DNA from: Rickettsiales bacterium
GTDB lineage: Bacteria > Pseudomonadota > Alphaproteobacteria > Rickettsiales > UBA3002
Length of the DNA: 33,900 bases
Reading direction: 5' to 3'
Assembly: GCA_947441895.1 (NCBI GenBank)
Contig: CANEUT010000002.1
Location: 1 to 33,900 of the forward strand
Of this stretch, positions 10,001 through 16,062 are shown in pieces (position 1 is the stretch's first letter; every line of letters starts with the position of its first letter). Made by a program: the position numbers and the translations under genes. The notes under the pieces are model-generated. The model was not told the DNA's origin. It saw only the letters and a program-made list of their open reading frames with translations, and ran no database searches.

Positions 10001-11518
10001 AATCGTCGCAATTTAACATTTAATGAGTTGGAACGTTTTGTGCCAAAGCCTGAGCTTGATCTCGCACATGCTATAGGGCCAGCCAAGCTAACGATGGATC
10101 AGTGCATTTTTGGTGGGTTGCTACCCGGTGCCGCAATCAAACGTCACCGCGAAGGCGACGAACATATCGTGCGCGAAAACGATGCCGAGGTCGAAACATT
10201 GCGTCTCATGGCGCGCACGCTAGGCTATACGCCGCCGGAGATCATCACGAGTGGGAAAGACCGTTATGAAACCTTAAGAAATTCCCTCAAGCATCAGGGA
10301 TTTTTCGAGCGGCAGGTAACGCTGGAGGATTGTATCCGACTGCAGACAGCCTGTACTCAGGCTGATATTCCTTGCGCGAAGCTTGACCAAATCCTCGAGC
10401 ATTTACCTACGCTTTTATGCGAAAAACCAAAAAATTTGGTACAAAAAAAATTGAACGATGGCAGCGTGGACATTTCTGCGCCGTTGGAGCGTATTTTTAC
10501 TAACGCGCTTGTGCATGGGGCCCTAAGCCCGGCTCAATTCGTGGCGTTATTAGTGAAGCTTGACCCTACATCGCTCAATGTCGATCACGTGCCCATGTGC
10601 AGCATTAAGGCAGGAGGTCTCACCTTACAATTCAAACTGCGCAAACCCATAGCGCGCACCAGCACGATGCCAGCCGATCAGCTGGCAGCGGCGATTGATC
10701 CGACGACCCTTTGGTTAGAGATTCCAGACGTTTCAGCGCCACATTTTGACAGGCGGCAGAATTTCAGCGATCTGGTTAATGTTGGTCGCCACGCCCGACG
10801 TAGTGGTGCCAATTTCAGTGAAGGGCAGGCATTACTTGACCGCCTGCTGGCAGATAAATTCCGCTCCGGTGAAGCTGCACCGCAGCAGCGGCTGGTAACG
10901 GCACATGCCGCGTTCACTGAACTGTTTGGCCCTACTGAAGGTGATGCGCTATTTTTCCAGCAAATGAAGGATTTTGAATCGCGGCAGGAGCGAGGGTTCC
11001 AATCCGGCGACCATGTATCTTCCACTAAAAAACCTTCGGATTGCGCTATTGCCGCTAACCACCGCAACCGACTGATTGATCGGCGCAACAAAGGCGAAGT
11101 TTCTGTGGTAGAGGGCACGCGCAACGCGCAACGCAATGAACCGGAGGCGAAATTATGGGTCATCGGCAATGATAGCGACCTGGTGTCGGCCGAACAATAT
11201 CGCTTGCTCGCCCCGGAAACAAAAATAGCTAAAAATGGGCGTGAAAAAACGCAGGATCCCATAACGCTTGGTAAAAAGTGCGAAAGCCCAGGCATTCGTC
11301 TGCGGCCACCCGTGGCGGCGCAGCATTCGCGGTTGGTGGAGGCGCAGGGCCCAGCTTCGCAGGACGATGTGAACATCCATAACGTGCCCACCCGCGATTG
11401 GCTGGAATATGTTGGGCGTTTGAATGACATATCACCCACCGCTAAGCGGAACCCCGATGATTTTACCCATAAATACGCGAAGGCCAGTGTACCTTTCCGT
11501 ACAAAGTTTTTAGGTTAG
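4016..11518 (+). CDS. giant multidomain protein (2500 aa): N-terminal DEDDh 3'-5' exonuclease-like module, long mostly helical/charged middle, PIN-like motifs towards the C-terminus; function unknown
   Basis: A single uninterrupted 7.5-kb ORF with AGGTAGGGA 7 nt upstream of the ATG. The DEDDh motifs are ExoI GVADTETTGL (D44, E46; nt 4145-4153), ExoII YFNSPFDIPFL (D209; nt 4640-4642) and ExoIII GAHSAIEDVVL (H326, D331; nt 4991-5008). PIN-like strings are FVLDTSAII (D1675), IPDYVFYELSG (E1737) and KGEVSVVEG...WVIGNDSDL (D2386, D2388). No Walker A motif was found by eye. Confidence 0.85.
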   Translation: MALFHDVTADYVERPRKAADGASALQMSREELKQLHESGLGVADTETTGLKSGENGLTEPAVIRAMTIGEIKAYNREAKRQGLPADQRIPVPRGYADSELRLIALQHFVLPNRPMIHDREDGHELPRGSYNSDRQKAFEYDISAYALGVTGAEVVREKGYGPLTDLKIHGKKVETLPSFVPLMQSFLLFTGKSDVGPKQGVAYFNSPFDIPFLRELFVDAMAYDAAKKNEHRHHERAVNRRLPQELDIDYHAETTTPEQRAKIITHIKKRLLDSGIAQEKMAEYFAPARWHCVLQSYRAAHPELAGHTLDGLMKTAGLAEGDRGAHSAIEDVVLTARGMLHLLGEAKLGQNNLPAMGELPGMILRRSHGAGASSHAAENGRDVVITLPHGKTPHAKAVEHWLRSFNRANPADERDPALNPHGKPWFSQFIENEQGLKIVASGAEKRPLFLSFTKHLGVASHLLDGRYPWLTALEANDKPGTYVDVTVNGEHLHDVPWNILRRNVAYLDKQPASERVEMLKFLRDIGKATDALGGVLLREENGVRYLRLYGHVRQHGTVDIPWPKNVHLADAQKIVFDNLEQAVRLGITPHAVRSELMSSGEVEDDGVQDDDHKRIVAEKKYSSTTLDIISPPDGRAHIHREITPALFQLFKAGLPSDARHGSFNRTIDTVKYGKHYTIAVNKVTHGSDSFITLDGPPEAFDAFVARQKPDRTYEPIAEKPTNILTDAGWLLDRLQKTPGVPKDGVEVTANNRIIVHQPQGISSDALALMHHIGIPHRAAEKEIRFSAGALMQDAFTWSLDISRALKNKAYEKEMGANSIVPSIVKGLKDMSEKGESHKRLDHAKFDPMLGLQLHYKPRSSEAAEIIRIPVDKMLARTLPIGRRRVQRVFARLMHSPKKIESANEEMRWEVTLTPLEQTMLGHALAEVGTSVTWRHNAKGDPCFVITESELSSRGNPIYLAMQTMSDQLATLTESTDVPEWYFSAHPELNGDRIALQLPARPLFEASAAPVYQGIRSYLRRMEHGGAGGDSLNKGLSRIMGERSGKGGSVLKQLDYALRRDSDAQLSILLNVVEQEAPKLQALHKHTLDLARNIAPSDKPSLKRELALNQEMLKDRIWVAHIIAACDAMAEKEPAQAANWMEIRHKATGVADKMAIAIHGADRLREALNTGAHTIANDGSHWRSSLVGASVNARLDILEKVYIEAAQTHTPNLVEKYVEKQRATLEQFGMQQEDKLAGLLHPYHAHAALRLAVLHTVERDPQRKHLLARAATVALKDAYGFAPDKSAEFLRLYETIADPASNPAQCKQAGEVFVAGIPSFNEDAYWLPMQLFGKAKEGDLTKSQRAELPAIIAKEVKKAYHEVGLAHLYLAAEMAAELEIVRKELAHKKPRQAKNAGVREKTLEIGLQHQKSEMLRCYAASGFSTKNAEAELRGKTRAAIEKRPDFLLQMKKHKEFLKLRENQPKLVEYNAKQQEAILRAAITQEGGQKRLEEFYQHKLVEETSLAKQVRAVAVNHPDFEASRAQVNKAAILTAKNHMVAELDDLGKIEYHTRRDLEALGLLLQDMAVKLHPQLEATPIKPQRMDLPEFQGLAKNPIPELRAAAEKLDRLSLHQAKAKISPSEQVTKEEYKQRRIYHSLGALVNKPVDHVLGGAAGPLSQQIDSIKNTIPDYFVLDTSAIIGYFDVLRHDTARPRDTHGTKPDFVGYHGNLLRRLQALAMPQAHGTMPLRIPDYVFYELSGLMPPMLQSATKHFAAIEKSYAPKLEKARGTRHETLLRDKAREYQTKIDDLVDWSIRLDRRRPLDLKSSIGDRVEELNQLFTIFAYHPEVMLPTKVGTDFQQSARVESAVVAGIGMINRPVTPTYYRDEIAKLRIAIAADKAQLKAKPSLANYTLSFNDLLQTPGLDFDIKHLRIHWGQMYFMGLIDEHQYRNFMRNISGAKEANEQGHDNNSRFVTYGSLVNRTKETGLTGSGLVNAVRNARSAQVQDGSKEEMVNRRNLTFNELERFVPKPELDLAHAIGPAKLTMDQCIFGGLLPGAAIKRHREGDEHIVRENDAEVETLRLMARTLGYTPPEIITSGKDRYETLRNSLKHQGFFERQVTLEDCIRLQTACTQADIPCAKLDQILEHLPTLLCEKPKNLVQKKLNDGSVDISAPLERIFTNALVHGALSPAQFVALLVKLDPTSLNVDHVPMCSIKAGGLTLQFKLRKPIARTSTMPADQLAAAIDPTTLWLEIPDVSAPHFDRRQNFSDLVNVGRHARRSGANFSEGQALLDRLLADKFRSGEAAPQQRLVTAHAAFTELFGPTEGDALFFQQMKDFESRQERGFQSGDHVSSTKKPSDCAIAANHRNRLIDRRNKGEVSVVEGTRNAQRNEPEAKLWVIGNDSDLVSAEQYRLLAPETKIAKNGREKTQDPITLGKKCESPGIRLRPPVAAQHSRLVEAQGPASQDDVNIHNVPTRDWLEYVGRLNDISPTAKRNPDDFTHKYAKASVPFRTKFLG

Positions 11519-11524
11519 GCGCCC

Positions 11525-13750
11525 ATGGCAGAACACATGATAAAGTTTTCCTATGCTGAGCCGAAGCGACCAAGGCCAAGCAAAATAGCAGATATACGTG
11601 CGCGCCTTAAAGAGAACGATGCGCCACTTGAGCAGCGCCTCGCCACCATGCTGGCCGACCAGCTAAAGTTGTCTGCTGATAGTTTATTGCGGCGCGACCT
11701 GATCGAACCCATGCAATATGACGATATCGTGCCGCAGGTGCAGACTGCAATGGCAGCGAATATCAAGGATTTCAGTGCAGCAGCGGAGCAGATTTGCGAG
11801 GCAATCCGCAAAGGAAAAACCATTGGTATCTCAGCAGATTATGACGCGGATGGCAATACTTCACTTGCGCTGTTCATCCGCATGTTGCGCGAATGCGGTA
11901 TGCCGCCTGAGAAAATTATTAAGCATATCCCCAACCGCGATCAGGATGGGTACGGCATCAACGAATCGGCGGTGGATGATTTTGCCGCGCACCATGTCGA
12001 CCTGATGATTACACTCGATAATGGTACACGGGCGGAGAAGCCGATCAAAAAAGCGCTGGACGCCGGGATGGAAGTGATTGTCATCGATCACCATGGCGAT
12101 GCGGGTGGAAAAACGCTGCCACCACAAGCGAAGGTGGTAAATCCAAATATCCTTGCCAATGTTACCGCCACCAAGCAATCCTCGACTCTGGAAGAAACCA
12201 AAAATCTTGCTGCTGTGGGGGTAAGCTACATGATGGCGACGGAGGTGATGGCCCGCATGAACGTGGATCGCGCGAGTGATGCGCAGCTCGACCCAAAGTC
12301 ACTGCTAGGCCTTGTGGCACTCGGCACGGTGTCGGACGTAGTGCCGATGGGTATGCTCAATCGCGCACTGGCGCGCGAGGGGATGGGGCGTATGCGTCGA
12401 GGCGAGGATAAAAACATCCTGCGTTTTATGCGCGGTGTAGGAATAGATGACCCCACCAAAATGAGTGAAAGTGATATAGCTTTCCGTCTTGGACCTATCA
12501 TCAACGCCCCGGGGCGACTGGGTGATTCGGTGGCGTGGGCGTTTCTCTCGGCCATGCAGGGCGAGGCAGAAAAGCCTGCGCTAGAGGCAGCGATTAATCA
12601 TACAGTCGATGAGTTGCACGAGGCAGCCGTTGCACTAAAATCCGAGGAGCAGAAGACAAAAGAAGCGAATATCCAAAAATGGCGTAAAGCGAACCCGGAT
12701 AAAATTCGAAGCGAGGAAAAGAATCTCTCGCCACTCTATGACACCATCCCTGAGAATCCCTACCTCGATCGGCTGATTCAATCTTCCATTGCCTGTAACG
12801 AGGAACGCAAGAATATCGAATTCCTGATGCAGCCAGAAATTCGCGCCGAAGCAAAAAAACAAAGCAACATGCCCATCCGCGTCATTGCGGGGGAAGGCTG
12901 GCACGAAGGTGTCATCGGTATCGCCGCCAGTCGAGTGAAGGAGGAGTTCGGCCTTCCTGCGGTCATTGGCAGCATTAAGCAGCTGGAAAACGGCACCTGG
13001 CAGGCTAAATTCTCTGCCCGCAGCATTCGGGTGGCGGGCTACCCCGTCGATATTGGCGCGGCCTTCGGCGCACTGGGGCCGCAACATCAGGATGACACAA
13101 CCTCCCTGTTTGCCAAAGCGGGTGGCCACCCGATGGCTGGAGGTGCCACCATTTTTGCCACAACACGGGAGGAGCTAGACGACAAAATCCGACGCTTCAG
13201 CGCCGCATTAAACGAGCGTCTCGGGCCCGATGCAGAGCGTGCCATCGCCCATCGCAGCGAGCAGATTTTTGGCACGATTGATCTTTCTTCTGTCTCCCTC
13301 AACACCGAAAAAGCTGTGGGCAGTGTTGCGGATAGGTTAAATACGCTGTTGAATGCGATTCCCCACGCCGGGCCATTTGGCGAGGCGATGCCTGCGCCCG
13401 TCGTAGCGATCCGCGGTGTGGGGATTTATCCGCCAGAAACGGGGCGCAGCGAATCGCGCCGGGGGCACCTAAATTTCGATATCAAGGGCGATCATAACCC
13501 TCTACGCATTCACTGCCGCGCCAGCCATGCAGGCGGCACGGTGTTGGCGGATCAACTACATGCACTGCAAAATGGGTTAAAGAAGGGAATCGTTGTTGGC
13601 CAACTGACGCGCAAGGCAGATGGCACGTTTCAGATGGAGGTGGAGCACGTGCTGCCCGATAACGGCCTGGCTGCCGACCCGGCTTTTACTAAATCCGGCA
13701 TTTTCGGACTGGTTGGTCTGAGCCGAGAGCAAAGCGCCCGCTCGGCCTAA
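11525..13750 (+). CDS. recJ: RecJ-like single-stranded-DNA exonuclease (DHH + DHHA1), extended 741-aa form
   Basis: DHH-family motifs appear in canonical order: ISADYDADGNTS, HIPNRDQDGYGIN, DLMITLDNGT, VIVIDHHG (DHH at 12086-12094), LVALGTVSDVVPM, LGPIINAPGRLGD. The DHHA1 motif is GGHPMAGGATI. The gene starts 6 nt after the giant ORF stop. Confidence 0.85.
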   Translation: MAEHMIKFSYAEPKRPRPSKIADIRARLKENDAPLEQRLATMLADQLKLSADSLLRRDLIEPMQYDDIVPQVQTAMAANIKDFSAAAEQICEAIRKGKTIGISADYDADGNTSLALFIRMLRECGMPPEKIIKHIPNRDQDGYGINESAVDDFAAHHVDLMITLDNGTRAEKPIKKALDAGMEVIVIDHHGDAGGKTLPPQAKVVNPNILANVTATKQSSTLEETKNLAAVGVSYMMATEVMARMNVDRASDAQLDPKSLLGLVALGTVSDVVPMGMLNRALAREGMGRMRRGEDKNILRFMRGVGIDDPTKMSESDIAFRLGPIINAPGRLGDSVAWAFLSAMQGEAEKPALEAAINHTVDELHEAAVALKSEEQKTKEANIQKWRKANPDKIRSEEKNLSPLYDTIPENPYLDRLIQSSIACNEERKNIEFLMQPEIRAEAKKQSNMPIRVIAGEGWHEGVIGIAASRVKEEFGLPAVIGSIKQLENGTWQAKFSARSIRVAGYPVDIGAAFGALGPQHQDDTTSLFAKAGGHPMAGGATIFATTREELDDKIRRFSAALNERLGPDAERAIAHRSEQIFGTIDLSSVSLNTEKAVGSVADRLNTLLNAIPHAGPFGEAMPAPVVAIRGVGIYPPETGRSESRRGHLNFDIKGDHNPLRIHCRASHAGGTVLADQLHALQNGLKKGIVVGQLTRKADGTFQMEVEHVLPDNGLAADPAFTKSGIFGLVGLSREQSARSA

Positions 13751-13820
13751 TAAGGCTCGCCGTCCGGCTTTTTACGAGGAGCTGCACGATCAGCGCGGGC
13801 GGCGCAGTTAAAGTTTGAGC

Positions 13821-13844
13821 CAAATCTGGCCCCCGCAACCAACC
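13821..13844 (+). repeat. attR-like core of island 1 / attL of the mini-island: second copy of the 24-bp repeat
   Basis: Identical to 2005-2028. Confidence 0.9.
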
Positions 13845-14031
13845 ATACTATTCGCGGCCATTCGCCCGCGTTCGAAAAACCCAAAAAATATTTATATTTA
13901 CAGAAGCTTACGCCTCAAACTCGTTCGTCTGTGGTCGTAATGGTGCGGCTGCAGCCAACCATTTTGAGGGTATATTTGTGGGTACAAACCACAGGTACCC
14001 AGATGAGGTATCTCATGACGGAGTCAGTCTG

Positions 14032-14088
14032 ATGCCACGCATGAATCGCAAGCTGACAGATATTGAGATAGCTATCATTTACACCTAG
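14032..14088 (+). pseudogene. possible remnant of a tyrosine-integrase N-terminus (17 codons)
   Basis: It translates to MPRMNRKLTDIEIAIIYT*. The KLTD-EI string resembles the start of the arm-binding domain of P4-type integrases (..LTDxEIK..). It sits where an int gene is expected, about 190 nt inside the att core and in the same orientation as the tRNA. It is very short, so this is only suggestive. Confidence 0.3.
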
Positions 14089-14154
14089 ATGGATTAGCTT
14101 TTTCTCTTGCGCTCTCTGTGCAAAAAATTGATAAAATATACAGGGGGGTGTGAT

Positions 14155-15204
14155 ATGCTAGAAGCCGAGTTGCCACAGAATGAGAATGAACGCCTTGATC
14201 TTTTGTATGGCTTAAATATTCTTGATACCCCAGTCGAGGAACGATTTGATCGTATTACTCGCCTCGTATGTAATATTTTAGATGTTCCTATTGCTGCCAT
14301 TTCATTGGTTGACGAACATCGGCAATGGTTCAAGTCCATACAGGGTTTAAAAGCTACTGAAACTGAGCGCCGCGTTGCATTTTGCGCTCATGCTATCCTC
14401 GATGAAGGATTAATGCTTGTTTCTGATGCTACAAAAGATGTGCGATTTTTAGATAATCCGCTGGTAACGGGTGACCCCAATATTCGTTTTTATGCAGGTC
14501 AGCCACTTTCTTTAGTGCCGAATATGCGTTTGGGAACCCTATGCGCTATTGATTCAAAAACGCGTGAGTTGACAAAACGTGAAGCGGACATCATGCGCGA
14601 TTTAGGACGCATGGTTGAGTCTGAGCTGCAGCTGTTATTTTTAGCCAGTTCTCAAAGAAAGCGCATCGTTTCATTTGAAAACGTAGAGCTTGATATGATG
14701 GTTGATCCCGTGACCCGTCTATGGAGCCGGAAGGGAACTTTAGAAATGCTTGAGCGTGAGTGGGATTGGGCTTGCGATGGAGGAGAGGACATCGCCTTTG
14801 CATGTGTAGGTTTATACCAGCTCACCAATGATATGAAACCAGAAGAGAGCTATCGGTTTGATGAAGCGATTACCGTGGCTTCACAAACCATTTCACGTGC
14901 ATTGGGTGTAAATGACTTAATTGGTCGTTGGAGTGATAACCAATTCATCCTCGTATTTCATGGCTATGGCGCGACTGGACTGAATCATATGATGCAGTCG
15001 ATTCAAAAAGAGCTCGAATGCCCATTTTTCCTGGAAGATGGCACTTCTGTATCATTAAAAATACGTGCTGGTGCTTTTGGTATGACTGCAAATAAAGAAG
15101 ATCGGGTTGAACGGTTAACATTGATGATGAATCAGGAGTATGAAAAAACAAGTCTTGAAATGTTACCAATTAGCGTAAATCACGCCAGTATAGTTTGGCG
15201 CTGA
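14155..15204 (+). CDS. GAF-domain protein with degenerate (probably inactive) GGDEF domain
   Basis: The N-terminal ENERLDLLYGLNILDTPVEERFDRITRL...HRQWFKS...FCAHAI is typical of a GAF sensor. The C-terminal domain has the GGDEF fold context (DPVTRLWSRKG...) but the signature reads RWSDNQF instead of GGDEF/GGEEF. ATG 14155 is preferred (CAGGGGGG 6 nt upstream) over the TTG at 14107. Confidence 0.75.
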   Translation: MLEAELPQNENERLDLLYGLNILDTPVEERFDRITRLVCNILDVPIAAISLVDEHRQWFKSIQGLKATETERRVAFCAHAILDEGLMLVSDATKDVRFLDNPLVTGDPNIRFYAGQPLSLVPNMRLGTLCAIDSKTRELTKREADIMRDLGRMVESELQLLFLASSQRKRIVSFENVELDMMVDPVTRLWSRKGTLEMLEREWDWACDGGEDIAFACVGLYQLTNDMKPEESYRFDEAITVASQTISRALGVNDLIGRWSDNQFILVFHGYGATGLNHMMQSIQKELECPFFLEDGTSVSLKIRAGAFGMTANKEDRVERLTLMMNQEYEKTSLEMLPISVNHASIVWR

Positions 15205-15236
15205 AATGCCTGTTCCGTTTTAATGGATCGGCATTT
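15204..15236 (+). terminator. possible intrinsic terminator after the GAF-GGDEF gene
   Basis: AAATGCC (15204-15210) pairs with GGCATTT (15230-15236), with an inner TCC/GGA pairing. The T-rich 3' stem runs into TTTGT. It overlaps the last base of the stop codon. Confidence 0.4.
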
Positions 15237-15327
15237 GTAAACAGGTTGTCTGGCCCAGCCTTAATTGGGGCGCCCAGTTTTCAGTTAGCAGTGTAAAATG
15301 GGCTAGCTTGGCGGTAACGTTTCAGCT

Positions 15328-15349
15328 AAATCGCGCACCCGCAACCAAC
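15328..15349 (+). repeat. third, degenerate copy of the tRNA-fMet 3'-end repeat
   Basis: AAATCGCGCACCCGCAACCAAC versus AAATCTGGCCCCCGCAACCAAC is 19 of 22 identical. Confidence 0.6.
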
Positions 15350-15372
15350 TGCGCCGTTGAGGCTTCCCACAT

Positions 15373-15888
15373 TTAATGCGACTGAATGGAGCGGGTGACG
15401 ACTCCCCAAATGGTAACGCCGGTTTCCGAATCAATAGGAATTTCGTTGAAAGCCGGATTAGCGGGCATAAGAAAAGCTTTGTTCTTTTTAACGATGAGGT
15501 ATTTCACGGTGATGGAACCATCCACCGCGGCGACGACGATTTTGCCGTGGGTGGGCTTCATTCGGCGGTTTACCACCAGCAGCGTGCCATCGGGGATGCC
15601 AGCATCGATCATGGAATCACCAGTGGCATAGGCGAGGAAGGTTTCTTCCGGATCATCCACCAGATAGCTATGCAGGTCGATATGTTCGTCTACCTGATCA
15701 TCGGCGGGCATGGGCATGCCGGCTTGCACACGGCTGGAATAAAGCGGTAACTTAATGCCGCGATTGGCAGCAAATTGTTTAATTTCATTCACCATGCTGG
15801 CGGGGACGCGAATGCGCTCAGTCACCTCACCATAGGTGCCTTTGCCTTTGGGTCTGCCAGCACCTTTTCGTACGCCACCGCGTGCCAT
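15373..15888 (-). CDS. S24-family LexA/UmuD-like autopeptidase with short basic N-terminal region
   Basis: 171 aa. There is a candidate Ala-Gly cleavage site (RVQAG/MPMP), Ser nucleophile context ATGDSMIDAGI and Lys context SITVKYL. The N-terminus is MARGGVRKGAGRPKGKG followed by a short strand-helix-like segment. No umuC/dinB gene is adjacent. Confidence 0.8.
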   Translation of the reverse strand: MARGGVRKGAGRPKGKGTYGEVTERIRVPASMVNEIKQFAANRGIKLPLYSSRVQAGMPMPADDQVDEHIDLHSYLVDDPEETFLAYATGDSMIDAGIPDGTLLVVNRRMKPTHGKIVVAAVDGSITVKYLIVKKNKAFLMPANPAFNEIPIDSETGVTIWGVVTRSIQSH

Positions 15889-16062
15889 TGCTTACTCCAT
15901 TGATTTTTGTCCCGATAATCAAACATGCACGTCATTGGCGTGCGCGTCAAGCGATTCTTTACATGTTAGGCACGGTTAACTAACAACGCCTAAGCGCTGG
16001 CCAAAGCCTGGCAAGTTCGTATAGTTGTAAACTAATACACTTTTGAAATCACGGAACATGCC

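Larger units (their letters stand above)
13821..15349. mobile_element. decayed 1.5-kb mini-island in tandem with island 1
   Basis: Bounded by the perfect repeat (13821-13844) and a 19/22-identical degenerate copy (15328-15349). It is visibly AT-richer than its flanks. Its left end is homologous to the left end of island 1, and it contains an integrase-N-terminus-like stub. Confidence 0.5.

Noticed and set aside
5868-10450. Two A8 homopolymer tracts within the giant ORF (5868-5875 and 10443-10450) as phase-variation switches
   Set aside because: The tracts are short for efficient slippage, the ORF is in frame through both, and they encode Lys-rich stretches consistent with the local protein composition.
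10678-11439. 253-aa minus-strand ORF inside the 3' end of the giant gene
   Set aside because: Its Ser/Arg/Cys-rich composition is typical of the reverse frame of a GC-moderate coding region. The + strand ORF is continuous for 7.5 kb and carries real motifs.
4016-11518. P-loop NTPase motifs in the giant protein (PHGKT, FTGKS, RSGKG strings)
   Set aside because: None fits [AG]xxxxGK[ST] with the correct spacing, and no Walker B or helicase motifs follow. The protein is therefore treated as lacking an ATPase, pending a profile search.
13751-13790. Intrinsic terminator after the RecJ-like gene (GCCGTCCGGCTTTTT)
   Set aside because: The stem is only about 4 bp (GCCG/CGGC) with a 2-nt loop, which is too weak to call although the T-run is suggestive.
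14107-14154. TTG-initiated 16-codon extension of the GAF-GGDEF ORF
   Set aside because: ATG 14155 has a strong purine-rich RBS (CAGGGGGG). The extension (MRSLCKKLIKYTGGCD) adds nothing recognisable.
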